Shown here one piece after another: positions 9,623-19,752 of a stretch of DNA of 64,000 nt. The stretch's first letter is position 1, and each line of letters starts with the position of its first letter. Below the pieces are notes generated by a model. That model made no database searches. It was not told where the DNA came from and worked only from the letters and a program-made list of their open reading frames with translations. Source of the stretch: Candidatus Heimdallarchaeota archaeon (lineage in GTDB: Archaea > Asgardarchaeota > Heimdallarchaeia > Heimdallarchaeales > Heimdallarchaeaceae); contig JAHLWR010000006.1 in the NCBI GenBank assembly GCA_019057815.1, positions 32,001 through 96,000 on the forward strand. The letters run 5' to 3'. The position numbers and the translations under genes are program-made.

Positions 9623-9814
9623 TCATTGTCTGGGGATTGCATTTCTTATTCTCTGCCTAAATGTTTCCTTATTTTTTATTTCATTTAAAGCCTCTGTTTC
9701 CTTTCTTTGTGTTTTTACACCCTTTTTTCTGATATTGTGTATTCTTGCATAAATGATGAAAAGAAAAATAATAATAACTGATGTAACAATTAAAATGATA
9801 GCTATTGGGTGCAT
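9623..9814 (-). CDS. Small single-pass membrane protein with basic C-terminal tail
   Basis: N-terminal hydrophobic helix followed by a K/R-rich tail; lies downstream of the tRNA pair on the same strand. Confidence 0.5.
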   Translation of the reverse strand: MHPIAIILIVTSVIIIFLFIIYARIHNIRKKGVKTQRKETEALNEIKNKETFRQRIRNAIPRQ

Positions 9815-9893
9815 TTTGTTATATATAATACAACTACTAATTATTTAAATATTTATATTTCTTGTATTAAAATGTTTGAATAAAGATATTTTG

Positions 9894-9990
9894 TGGAGCC
9901 CCGGGGGGGAATTGAACCCCCGACCATCTGATGTCTTGATATGAAAAAACACAATACAAGTCAGACGCTCTACCTCTGAGCCACCGAGGC
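9894..9990 (-). tRNA. tRNA-Thr(UGU) with 22-nt intron at 37/38 (9933-9954), encoded CCA
   Basis: GCCTCGG/CCGGGGC acceptor, U73, anticodon stem TCTGA/TCAGA, central helix CTTG/CAAG. Confidence 0.96.
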
Positions 9991-10012
9991 TGTATTCTTT
10001 TTAATAAATTTT

Positions 10013-10108
10013 TGGCGCCACCCGCAGGACTTGAACCTGCGACCGTCCGGTTTCTGTGTACTGTTTTTTCTTAACAGCCGAACGCTCTACCGACTAAGCT
10101 AGGGTGGC
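10013..10108 (-). tRNA. tRNA-Asn(GUU) with 20-nt intron at 37/38 (10052-10071), encoded CCA
   Basis: GCCACCC/GGGTGGC acceptor, G73, anticodon stem TTCGG/CCGGA, central helix CTGT/ACAG. Confidence 0.96.
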
Positions 10109-10324
10109 TTGTTATTTTATTGCCGTTTCTTCTTTTTCCCTTTAACTTTTAAACCTTTTTTTCTTATGGTTTTACTTTTTCTACTCAGAAGTTACATTTA
10201 GCATTGTATGAATTTGATATTATATATTTAAAGAGCTTTATTCATAATGCAGATACAGTGCTCAGTTTTTGATATCGTGTGAAAGATTTTTGTAAGATAA
10301 GACATAGAAGAAATTTGGATTTGA

Positions 10325-11359
10325 ATGAAGGAAACACACAAAGTTAATGTCTTATGCATTTGGCAACCTAATGAACAACTGTTAAATTATCTGACGGATG
10401 GATTAGCAAAATATCCACAGGTAAATCTGATTATTCCACCTGATAGAGAAGAGGATTCATTTCTTGAACTTATCAAAGAATATAAACCAGAGATTATTAT
10501 GGGTTGGAGACCTACAAAGAGGTTATTAGAGGAAGCAAAGAATTTGAAATTGTTCATCAATCCAGGAGCTGGGGTTCAACATCTTATACCTCTGTTTAGT
10601 GAAGTCACAAAGGAAAGAGAAATAATTCTTGTAAATGGTCATGGTAATTCCTATTTTACGGCTCAACATGCTGTTGCCTTGTTGTTATCATTAACTAATA
10701 AGATAATATTACATCATAATTGGATGAAAGAAGGTTTGTGGAGACGTGGAGACAACTTTGCTGAGTCAACTCCACTATGTGGAAGAACAATAGGTTTACT
10801 TGGTTATGGAGCTGTTAACAAGAAAGTTCATCGTTTTCTCTCTAGTTTTGATGTAGATTTTAACATTTTTCGTAGAGATTGGAATAAGAAAGAAATTACT
10901 CTACCAACACAAGTTAAAACATTTGGTTACAATCAATTACATGAATTTTTGGAAGATGTTGATGTTTTGATTATAGCTGTACCTCTTACTTCAAAAACTG
11001 AAAGAATGATTAGAAGTAAAGAATTGGAGTTATTAGGAAAGAATGGATTGCTTGTCAATGTTGGGCGAGGTGCGGTAATTGATGAAGAGAGTCTGTTTGA
11101 GTCTCTTAAAGACAGAGTTATTGCAGGTGCAGCTATAGATGTATGGTATAATTATCAACCTGAACCTGCAGGAGATGGCAAGAAATATCCTACGAAATAT
11201 CCTTTTCATAAGATGGACAATGTAATTCTCTCACCTCACAGAGGAGCTTCTCCAATGGGTGATCTTAAGCGTTGGGATGAACAAATAGAAAATATTGCTC
11301 GCTTTGTAAGAGGAGAAAAAATATTTTTGAATGAAGTAGATGTAGAAGAAGAATATTAG
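10325..11359 (+). CDS. D-isomer-specific 2-hydroxyacid dehydrogenase
   Basis: GLLGYGAVN, VPLTSKT, VNVGRGAVIDEE, AAIDVWY and LSPHRG motifs. Confidence 0.92.
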   Translation: MKETHKVNVLCIWQPNEQLLNYLTDGLAKYPQVNLIIPPDREEDSFLELIKEYKPEIIMGWRPTKRLLEEAKNLKLFINPGAGVQHLIPLFSEVTKEREIILVNGHGNSYFTAQHAVALLLSLTNKIILHHNWMKEGLWRRGDNFAESTPLCGRTIGLLGYGAVNKKVHRFLSSFDVDFNIFRRDWNKKEITLPTQVKTFGYNQLHEFLEDVDVLIIAVPLTSKTERMIRSKELELLGKNGLLVNVGRGAVIDEESLFESLKDRVIAGAAIDVWYNYQPEPAGDGKKYPTKYPFHKMDNVILSPHRGASPMGDLKRWDEQIENIARFVRGEKIFLNEVDVEEEY

Positions 11360-11387
11360 GTAATCTTTAGCAGAAGAAAATCTAGAA

Positions 11388-11993
11388 TCATTGTTCTTCT
11401 TTTTTCTTCTTTGATTTCCTTTTAAACCTTTTAAAGAATGGAAATCCAAGGATGTAAATATAAAATTCGAAGAAAAATGACCCCTTTTCAGGTGGTAAAC
11501 CATGTAACCTGCTCTCAAAAGCATCAAAAGTGTTTCCTAATAGATTGCCAATTGTTATTATCTGAATGAATAGGATGATATCATTCGCTTTTTCCTCTCC
11601 GTAATGGGAAAAAAGTTTTTGGTAAGCTTCTTCAGATGGCAATCCTTCTGTTTCTGCATAACATTGTGCAAATGCAAGACCAACAACTTCATAGGGATCA
11701 CAAGAACTAAAATCATGGACCATAATTTCTTTTATCTCCTCATTAGTGCAACCTTGTTCAAGTGCTACTTTTGTATGAGCCCACTCACAATATACACACT
11801 CATTTACTGCGGTTACAGCTAGCATAATACGCTCTCGAAATTGAGCGCTAATTCTCCCAGAATCCATGGAATCGTGGATTCGTGAAGATTTTCGAAGTAA
11901 CCTTATTACATCTCGTGTAAAACCACGAAAGGTATAGCTGCGTTTTTTAAAATACTGAGTAGCTAGCATCAATTTTAGAAAGATGATACTCAA
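11388..11993 (-). CDS. Carboxymuconolactone decarboxylase/AhpD-family protein
   Basis: RERIMLAVTAVNECVYCEWAH (CxxC) AhpD core. Confidence 0.85.
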   Translation of the reverse strand: MSIIFLKLMLATQYFKKRSYTFRGFTRDVIRLLRKSSRIHDSMDSGRISAQFRERIMLAVTAVNECVYCEWAHTKVALEQGCTNEEIKEIMVHDFSSCDPYEVVGLAFAQCYAETEGLPSEEAYQKLFSHYGEEKANDIILFIQIITIGNLLGNTFDAFESRLHGLPPEKGSFFFEFYIYILGFPFFKRFKRKSKKKKEEQ

Positions 11994-12043
11994 TAAATAT
12001 GTTATCCTTAAGCAAAATAAAATAAGAAAAGGAACATAACTGT

Positions 12044-13087
12044 TTAGATTTCAGGGAAGAAACATGCACAATAATGATTAGGACGAATCTCATCTAGAGT
12101 TGGTGATTTTTGAGAACATATTTCTTGAGCTTTCCAGCATCTAGGATTAAATGGACAACCAGGTGGTGGATCTATCGGACTTGGTACATCTCCTTCTAGT
12201 AGTATTCTATCCATTTTAATTCTTGGATCTGGTCTTGGAATTGCTGAGAGAAGTGAAACAGTATAAGGATGAGCTGTTTTTCTAAATAGATCTCCCGTTG
12301 GCGAAAGTTCCATTATTTTACCTAAGTACATTACTGCTACACGATCGGAAACGTGTTTAATAACACTCAAATCATGAGCGATAAACATGAATGTGAGATT
12401 AAGCTCCTTCTGCAAGTCATGTAGTAGATTAAGGATTTGTGCTTGAACTGAAACGTCTAGTGCACTAACTGGTTCATCTAGTAACACTACTTCTGGGTGA
12501 ATAGCCAGTGCTCTAGCAATCCCTATTCTCTGTCTTTGCCCCCCAGAAAACTCATGGGGATATCTAAGTGCGTGATAATCCTCTAATCCTACTTTTGCTA
12601 GTATTTCAAGCACTCTTGATTCTTTTTCCTCATATAGCATGTCTGGGAAGTGTATGTCAAAAGGTTCCTTAATGATGTCAAGAACCATTTTTCTGGGATT
12701 AAGGCTTGAGTAAGGATCTTGAAAAACCATTTGTAATTGTCTCTTAATCACTAGTTCTTCTTCTTTTGTCATTGGTTGAAAGATATCTACACCTTTAAAA
12801 TAAACCGAACCTTCAGTAGGTTCTTCTAGCTTAACTGTTACTCTAGCTGTAGTGCTCTTACCACAGCCTGATTCTCCAACTAGTCCGAGAGTTTCTCCTT
12901 TGTTTATAAAGAGTTGAACACCGTCAACAGCTTTGATATTAGATATAACTTTGGAAAATAAGAGTGATTGTTGACTAACTGGGAACCATTTTTTAAGGTT
13001 GTTCAATTGAATGACTGGTTGCTTTTTAGAGTCCCAAGATGCAAATAAATCGATTGTTTCGTATTCTTCAAATACTGATGACGCCAT
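12044..13087 (-). CDS. oppF: Oligopeptide/dipeptide ABC transporter ATP-binding protein (OppF/DppF)
   Basis: GESGCGKST, FSGGQRQRI, DEPVSALDVSVQAQ, C-terminal GCPFNPRC. Confidence 0.93.
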   Translation of the reverse strand: MASSVFEEYETIDLFASWDSKKQPVIQLNNLKKWFPVSQQSLLFSKVISNIKAVDGVQLFINKGETLGLVGESGCGKSTTARVTVKLEEPTEGSVYFKGVDIFQPMTKEEELVIKRQLQMVFQDPYSSLNPRKMVLDIIKEPFDIHFPDMLYEEKESRVLEILAKVGLEDYHALRYPHEFSGGQRQRIGIARALAIHPEVVLLDEPVSALDVSVQAQILNLLHDLQKELNLTFMFIAHDLSVIKHVSDRVAVMYLGKIMELSPTGDLFRKTAHPYTVSLLSAIPRPDPRIKMDRILLEGDVPSPIDPPPGCPFNPRCWKAQEICSQKSPTLDEIRPNHYCACFFPEI

Positions 13088-13089
13088 TT

Positions 13090-14124
13090 TTACACTTCTT
13101 CCTTAATTTTTACTCGTTCTCGCATTGTTTCTTCATCTACATCTAAATCTAGTTCTTCGTAGTGGTGACATGCAACACGTCGTTTAGGGCCTAACCAGAC
13201 ATCTTCAGGTCTTTCTCGAGAGCAGATTTCTGTAGCATACTTGCATCTAGGATGGAAACGACAACCTTTTGGTGGGTTGATTAATCGAGGAACATTTCCT
13301 GGTATTGTTTCTAAACGTGTTTTATCTTTTTCAATAGATGGTATACTATCAAAAAGTGCCCTTGTATATGGATGTTGAGGATTGATGAATACATCCTCTG
13401 TTGGACCTGATTCCACCACTCTTCCACCATAGAAAATATGGACTCTTTTAGTAATTTCTGCTACTACCCCTAAGTTGTGAGTTATGAGCATCATAGCTAA
13501 GCCAAGTTTTTTCTGCATTTCCTTAATAATCTCAAGAACTTGTGCTTGTATTGTTACATCTAGTGCAGTTGTAGGTTCATCCGCAATTAACAAACTTGGT
13601 TGAAGTGCTAAAGCTCTTGCGATTAGTATTCGTTGGCGCATTCCACCAGAAAATTGATGTGGATAATCATGTATTCTTTTTTCAGCGTCAGATAGTCCTA
13701 CTGATTCAAGCATTTCTATTGCTATATCTAAAGCCTCTTTTTTGTTAACTTTTCTGTGTAAACTAATAACTTCTGTCATCTGGTCGTCTACTCTGAAAAT
13801 GGGATTGAGACTTGTCATCGGGTCTTGAAAAATCATAGCAATTTCTTTACCTCTGATGCTCCTCATTTGGTTGTGGGTAAGGTTGAGGAGATTGATTCCT
13901 TTGTAAATTATTTTTCCTTTAATTGTTTTACCGTTCTTTGGCAATATTCTAAGAATGGAATGTCCTGTAACGGTCTTTCCACAACCTGATTCACCGACAA
14001 TACCAACAGGTTCGCCTGCTGTCACATCAAATGATACTCCATCAAGGGCTTCGACTACACCCGATTCTGTGAAGAACTGGGTGTAAATGTCTTGAATTTC
14101 TAGTAAGGGTTTTTTTTCACTCAT
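13090..14124 (-). CDS. oppD: Oligopeptide/dipeptide ABC transporter ATP-binding protein (OppD/DppD)
   Basis: GESGCGKT, FQDPMTSLNP, FSGGMRQR, DEPTTALDVTIQAQ. Confidence 0.93.
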   Translation of the reverse strand: MSEKKPLLEIQDIYTQFFTESGVVEALDGVSFDVTAGEPVGIVGESGCGKTVTGHSILRILPKNGKTIKGKIIYKGINLLNLTHNQMRSIRGKEIAMIFQDPMTSLNPIFRVDDQMTEVISLHRKVNKKEALDIAIEMLESVGLSDAEKRIHDYPHQFSGGMRQRILIARALALQPSLLIADEPTTALDVTIQAQVLEIIKEMQKKLGLAMMLITHNLGVVAEITKRVHIFYGGRVVESGPTEDVFINPQHPYTRALFDSIPSIEKDKTRLETIPGNVPRLINPPKGCRFHPRCKYATEICSRERPEDVWLGPKRRVACHHYEELDLDVDEETMRERVKIKEEV

Positions 14125-14129
14125 CTTTA

Positions 14130-15236
14130 TTACTCCCTTAGTCTTGGATCCAGTGCGTCTCTTAACGCATCTCCTAGTAAGTTAAACGCTAGTACTACAA
14201 AGAATATGGCAAATCCTGGTAACAAAGCTAATTCTGGATTAAGTTTAAGCTCTGTTTGTGCTTCATTTACCATCTGTCCCCATGACACTGTTGTTGGGCT
14301 ACCTAATCCTAGGAAGGTTAACCCAGCTTCTGACAGTATTCCACCTGCAATAGCAAGAGTTCCCAATACTATAATTGGTGCCATAATATTTGGCAATATA
14401 TGAGACATTATTATTCTTTTATTACTCGCTCCAAGTACTCTTGCAGCATTTACGTAATCGAGGTTGTATATTTGTTTTGTATTTGCAGCTACTAGCCTAC
14501 ATAGTCCTGCCCACCCAAAGACTCCTAATACTATGATGATAACTACTGATTGAGGTATTTGTCTTAGGAATTCTAACGTTCCTCTTTGTATGAAAGAAAC
14601 AGCGAGGATTGCGATTACTAAAAATGGTAAAGCTAGGAACATATCCGTTATCCTCATTATAACTTCCTCTGTCCATCCTCTATAATATCCTGCTAACGCT
14701 CCGAGAGTTACTCCGATTAGTAATGAAAGAATGCTTGAAAAGATTCCTACAGTTAAGGATACTTCGCTTCCTGCGAGTAATCTTGAAAATTCATCTCTAC
14801 CTAGAATGTCAGTGCCCGCAGGATATTTCATATTTGGTCTCGTTGTTGAACCTCCACCGTTCCATGCATCAAATAATGGTTCTGTTCCAACAGGACCGAA
14901 TGGCATTAAAATTGGGTAAAATATTGCTAGTAATACTGTTATCGAAACTAAAACCCCTGAAAGTATGGCAACCTTGTTTTTACTGTACCTTTTCCACACT
15001 AATGACCATTGCGAAGGGCTTCTTTCTCTTAATGTTCCATCTTTAGCAATTATGATAGTCTCTTTTGCACCAAACAGCCTTTTAATAGCTGTAAAACCAT
15101 CATTAATGTAATAAGCGCATATTACCAAGAATCCTGCCCAAATCATTGATTTTGGGAGTCTATGCTCATACATGTACTTATCCAATTTCACGGTAAATGT
15201 TACTCTTGTTGTTTCTAATCTTTGCAATTTAATCAC
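14130..15236 (-). CDS. oppC: Oligopeptide ABC transporter permease (OppC/DppC)
   Basis: GTDILGRD, EAA-like DYVNAARVLGAS, FNLLGDALRDALDPR. Confidence 0.92.
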   Translation of the reverse strand: MIKLQRLETTRVTFTVKLDKYMYEHRLPKSMIWAGFLVICAYYINDGFTAIKRLFGAKETIIIAKDGTLRERSPSQWSLVWKRYSKNKVAILSGVLVSITVLLAIFYPILMPFGPVGTEPLFDAWNGGGSTTRPNMKYPAGTDILGRDEFSRLLAGSEVSLTVGIFSSILSLLIGVTLGALAGYYRGWTEEVIMRITDMFLALPFLVIAILAVSFIQRGTLEFLRQIPQSVVIIIVLGVFGWAGLCRLVAANTKQIYNLDYVNAARVLGASNKRIIMSHILPNIMAPIIVLGTLAIAGGILSEAGLTFLGLGSPTTVSWGQMVNEAQTELKLNPELALLPGFAIFFVVLAFNLLGDALRDALDPRLRE

Positions 15237-15241
15237 CTTAG

Positions 15242-16978
15242 TTACAATTCTATTCTCGGATCTACTGCAACATATACAATATCTGTTATTAAATTCCCAA
15301 TAAGTATCAATATCGTCAACACCGCTGTTACCCCGAGTATCATCGGGAAGTCAAGATTAAATATCGCTAGTACATACCGGTAACCCAGTCCTGGCCACGT
15401 GAACAGTGTTTCTGTAATTGGAGCACCAGCTAAAGCAAACGCTAAGAAAAGTCCAATATATGTCACTATTGGAATTAATACATTCCTAAATGCGTGTTTC
15501 CAAGTTATTGTTCTTTCTGATAAACCATTAGCTCGAGCAGATAGAATATAATCTTGTCTTAATACTTCTAACATCGTTGATCGGACAAGTCTAGTGTAAA
15601 GCGCGAGAAAAGTGAACGTTAAAGCAATTGTAGGTAGAATCATATGTAGAATTGAATCCAAAAACCGGTCCGTAAACGTCACCCACCATATGTTAAACCC
15701 TTCTCCTGTAATCACCACCGGTGTTGGAACTCGATGAGCTTTTGCAGCAGGTAACCAGCCTAACCCTAATCCGCTGAATATGAAGATTAAAATCAATCCA
15801 AAGACGAAGATTGGCATTGATAGACCTAGTAGAGCTATTGTGCTTGAAAAAGAGTCTATCCATGTATTTTGGTTCTTAGCTGCCCAAATCCCAAGTGGGA
15901 TGGCAATTATCAGCGCAAAGAAGAAGGATGTAAGTTGTAACTTTAGAGTTTCCCAGATCAGTTCTCCAATCATTTCATTAATTGGGCGTTCAGATCTATA
16001 ACTATTCCCCATATTGAAATGGAGAAGTTTGTAAAACCATAGAACAAATCGTGCGTAGACTGGTTGATCTAATCCCAAATCCCGCGTGATATTAATTTTG
16101 TCTTGTTCAGTAGCTCGCGGTTTACCAAGTAATATTAGAGCTACTGGATCCCCCATTCCATTTACCATTACATAGGTCATTACACAAATGGCAATAAATA
16201 GCGGGATTAGTGTTAACAATCGACGAGTAATGTAAACAGATAGTCGCATTGTCAAAATATTCTTGATTTTTTGAAAAACTTTCGTTTCACCTAAACCTCT
16301 GAGCTTGGTGGAGCTAGTTGGTTTTTCCCAGTCTATAGGCAGGAACAAGCTAGTAACAACCATCATAATACCGATAATATAAACATAAAATCCAGGAGCA
16401 AATTTTCCTATAAATGTTAATTCAAAGTAAGCTGGAGTTGCTTCATTAGGGTTGAATGTAATCGGGCCCAAACTAAATGCCTCGTTACCATCAACTCTCA
16501 TTTGATAATCTTCTGAAATGATGTTGAAACCATTATTCATTGCAATAACTGAAACTATCAATGCACCAAGCAGGAGAATAGCTGCTGTAATATCTGAAAA
16601 TATTCCACGCTCTCTAAAACCACCACTTTGGAATACTTGACCTAGAATAGCAAATAAAATTGCAAAAACTATTAGAAACCAGAGTGCTGCAGAAAGAAGT
16701 ACAACCGCACTAGCCATCTCAGTAGGCCTAAATATAGATTGAACCGCATTTATCGTGTTTCCTTCAGTATCAATACCTATAAAAATTAGCTGTTGGACAT
16801 CTAAACGAGCTCCAAACAATTGAAAAATTAAGCCTTCACTTTCTAATAACTCTTCAGATCCAGGTAATCCAAGTATTGGATCAGAATTAAAAGCTACCTC
16901 GTATAAAGGTATAAATGTACCTATTATTATTAAGACGAATCCAAAAATTTTGAGAGCTATTGATACATTTTTGTCCAT
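15242..16978 (-). CDS. oppB: Oligopeptide ABC transporter permease (OppB/DppB) with an extra N-terminal multi-TM domain of about 240 aa
   Basis: OppB core starts at MRLSVYITRRLL; RSTMLEVLRQDYILSARANGL, ETLFTWPGLG, VDPRI. Confidence 0.9.
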   Translation of the reverse strand: MDKNVSIALKIFGFVLIIIGTFIPLYEVAFNSDPILGLPGSEELLESEGLIFQLFGARLDVQQLIFIGIDTEGNTINAVQSIFRPTEMASAVVLLSAALWFLIVFAILFAILGQVFQSGGFRERGIFSDITAAILLLGALIVSVIAMNNGFNIISEDYQMRVDGNEAFSLGPITFNPNEATPAYFELTFIGKFAPGFYVYIIGIMMVVTSLFLPIDWEKPTSSTKLRGLGETKVFQKIKNILTMRLSVYITRRLLTLIPLFIAICVMTYVMVNGMGDPVALILLGKPRATEQDKINITRDLGLDQPVYARFVLWFYKLLHFNMGNSYRSERPINEMIGELIWETLKLQLTSFFFALIIAIPLGIWAAKNQNTWIDSFSSTIALLGLSMPIFVFGLILIFIFSGLGLGWLPAAKAHRVPTPVVITGEGFNIWWVTFTDRFLDSILHMILPTIALTFTFLALYTRLVRSTMLEVLRQDYILSARANGLSERTITWKHAFRNVLIPIVTYIGLFLAFALAGAPITETLFTWPGLGYRYVLAIFNLDFPMILGVTAVLTILILIGNLITDIVYVAVDPRIEL

Positions 16979-17177
16979 ACTTTTATCAACTCACTGGTAT
17001 ATTTAAAATATATTATCCTCGAACAACAGACATAGAAGTTTTTATAAATGTTTTCTGTCAATGTGTCAACTTAAGGAAGAAAAAAGTCGAAAAGAGAGAA
17101 TATGTAACGAGTAGGATGAAAAAGATAGGCGTTTATACTGAACTATAGCTAAATTTATGAAAGTTAAAGTTTTATGA

Positions 17178-17402
17178 ATGGAATCAATAGATTTGAGATA
17201 TCCTCAAACTTTAGGTACACTCTGTCATCAAGTAAAGAATCTCTATAATAGGGAAAATTTTCTGGTAAAAGAGCAGCTCAAGAAGAAAGGAAAAATATTT
17301 TTCTACAGTAATCTTAACAAACTGTTAAAACAGGAAGGGTGTTACAGGATATTACCTGTACATACTGCCCAACACACTCTCAAACTTCTTACTCGAAACT
17401 AA
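17178..17402 (+). pseudogene. tnpB: Truncated IS200/IS605-family TnpB (OrfB) N-terminal fragment
   Basis: LCHQVKNLYNRENF...YRILPVHTAQHTLKLLTRN matches the TnpB N-terminus; it stops after 74 aa with no RuvC or Zn finger. Confidence 0.75.
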
Positions 17403-17726
17403 TAAATATACTCGACCCTCCGTTGTCTTAGTTGACATGGAGACAAAAACTCATCATAAATGTTTTCTAGATAATTTTGGGAATTATTTCGCAGAAAACC
17501 TATCCTTAGAAAGTTCTGTAAATAGATTGTTTTTTTTTATTAGAAACACAACAATGAAGTGATACCACTAATAAAAACAGTATTTCACAAAATATGCTGT
17601 TTCAACAAGAATTAGATTGAACTAGTATTTCTTGTATGATTAAAAGATTAAAACAAAAAATATTTAAGCAAAAGAAGAAAACAACCAATGGAATTAAAAA
17701 CCTCTGTTAGAAAAAACTCTAACTAA

Positions 17727-17804
17727 GGGGTGGTGATCTAGCCTGGCTATGATACCTCCTTGACGTGGAGGATGTCGCAGGTTCAAATCCTGCCCACCCC
17801 ACCA
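17727..17804 (+). tRNA. tRNA-Val(GAC), intronless, encoded CCA
   Basis: GGGGTGG/CCACCCC acceptor, CCTCC-TTGACGT-GGAGG anticodon arm, TTCAAAT T-loop. Confidence 0.97.
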
Positions 17805-17864
17805 TACATTTTCTGGGTTTTGAATTACTGATACGTTTTTTAATTAAAGTATCTACTAAAATCA

Positions 17865-19688
17865 ATGATGATTGAAGTATTAATTGAGAAATTAGCTCGT
17901 ATACCCCAGTTCTATATGACCAACCTCAACCATGCAAAGGATAAAATTGCCTTCTATTGGGATATTACGGGTCGTATAGAACTATATGTAATGGACATTG
18001 AAACTAAAAAACATATACAAATAAGTCACGGTGAAGTACCTCGTGCACTTCGTTCTGGTTTTGTTTGGACAAGGGATGATAAATCCATCATTTTTGTAAA
18101 AGATAAAGGTGGTAATGAGCAACATGATCTCTATCGTCTTGATATTGAATCCGCTAAAGTAACTCAGTTAACTAACACACCCAATTTTCAGGAACATGTC
18201 GTTGATACAAGCCCAAACGGCAAATCTCTTCTTTATACCTCTACAAAAAAAGGTCAAGTGAACTTGCATTTTTATGATTTTGAAACTAAAGAGGACAAAG
18301 CACTCACTAATATGCCCACACCTGTGAGAGGTGGTAAATATGATCCAACAGGTTCCTTTATTGTCTTTGGCTATAATGACACACAAGATTTCCGAAATTT
18401 GGATATTTGGATAATGAATTCAGATGGTTCAAATCAGAAGAAACTTCTAAGCTTAAAGGATGGTTCTAGAGAAATTGTATCTGATATTTCAAAAGATGGA
18501 AAGATACTCGCCATTACTTCTGATTTTGAGGGCACATCTCGTGCAGGTGTTTATAATTTGGAATCAAAAGAACTCAAATTGTTTGGTGAAGGTGCACATG
18601 AAGAATATTCTGGTAAATTCACAAGCGATGGCAAATATCTCGTGTGTTTACAAAATTTCAAAGCTACAATTAAACCTATTATATACAACTGCGAAACAGG
18701 AGAAAAGCGTGTATTGGAATTCCCATCAGGTATTGTTGCTGGTACCCAAGTTACATCTGGAGACCGTTACTTAATCCTTTCATTAAATACTTCTACTAAT
18801 CCAAGTTCGTTATTGAAATACGATTTGAAAGAAGACAATTATGAGGACCTTATCCCAGTTCAAATTGGTGATATTGGCACTAATTTCTTCGTTGAAGACG
18901 AATATGTTGAATACGAATCAATAGCTGGTCTTACAATAGGAGCAATTCTTTATAAACCAAAGAACATAGAACCTGGAGTAAAACTCCCTGCTTTAGTTGA
19001 AGTTCATGGAGGACCAACCGGGCAGTATTTCAGAAACTTCGCTATGTTTTCTCAAATAATAGTAAACGAAGGCTTTGTAATAATAAAACCAAACTTCAGA
19101 GGTTCAACTGGCTATGGGCGAGCGTTTACTGATATGAATATAAAGGATATAGGAGGTGGAGATTTAGAAGACGTAGCAGCTGGAGCAGAATATCTGAAAA
19201 CATTAGATTACGTAGACCCTACACGAATAGGGATTTTTGGAGGTTCATATGGAGGTTATATGACTTTCATTGGAACGGTTAAAAAGCCTGATTTTTGGAA
19301 AGCTGGTGCTGCTTCTCAAGGTATAACTAATTGGCTAAAACTCTATGAAGAAAGCATGCCTCATTTCAAGTACTATTTACACATGCTACTGGGAAAACCA
19401 GAAGAAAATGAGGAACTCTGGAAAGATAGAAGCTCGTATTATTTTGCAGAGAATCTAAAATGTCCATTACTTATAATTCACGGTATTAATGATCCAAGAT
19501 GTCCAATATCTCAAGCTAGGATTTTCAGGGATAGACTTCTTGAGTTAGGGTGGAAGGAAGGAAATATAGGAGACAAAACTTTTGAATATCAAGAATTTGG
19601 TGATATAGGTCATGGTGGTTTCACCGATCAAGAGTTTAGAATACGAAGTTTTAAGACTATTTTAGATTTCTTCAAGCGAAGATTATGA
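17865..19688 (+). CDS. S9 family acylaminoacyl-peptidase/prolyl oligopeptidase (beta-propeller + alpha/beta hydrolase)
   Basis: HGGP, NFRGSTGYG, GGSYGG nucleophile, HGINDPRC, GHG. Confidence 0.95.
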   Translation: MMIEVLIEKLARIPQFYMTNLNHAKDKIAFYWDITGRIELYVMDIETKKHIQISHGEVPRALRSGFVWTRDDKSIIFVKDKGGNEQHDLYRLDIESAKVTQLTNTPNFQEHVVDTSPNGKSLLYTSTKKGQVNLHFYDFETKEDKALTNMPTPVRGGKYDPTGSFIVFGYNDTQDFRNLDIWIMNSDGSNQKKLLSLKDGSREIVSDISKDGKILAITSDFEGTSRAGVYNLESKELKLFGEGAHEEYSGKFTSDGKYLVCLQNFKATIKPIIYNCETGEKRVLEFPSGIVAGTQVTSGDRYLILSLNTSTNPSSLLKYDLKEDNYEDLIPVQIGDIGTNFFVEDEYVEYESIAGLTIGAILYKPKNIEPGVKLPALVEVHGGPTGQYFRNFAMFSQIIVNEGFVIIKPNFRGSTGYGRAFTDMNIKDIGGGDLEDVAAGAEYLKTLDYVDPTRIGIFGGSYGGYMTFIGTVKKPDFWKAGAASQGITNWLKLYEESMPHFKYYLHMLLGKPEENEELWKDRSSYYFAENLKCPLLIIHGINDPRCPISQARIFRDRLLELGWKEGNIGDKTFEYQEFGDIGHGGFTDQEFRIRSFKTILDFFKRRL

Positions 19689-19752
19689 TTTACCTTCTAC
19701 TTTTTTCTTTAATAAAATTGAAATATGAAAATAGATGATACAGATTCTTAGT

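Noticed and set aside
17438-17864. Integrated element or att site at tRNA-Val (and at the other tRNAs)
   Set aside because: No integrase and no duplicated tRNA 3' end found in the window
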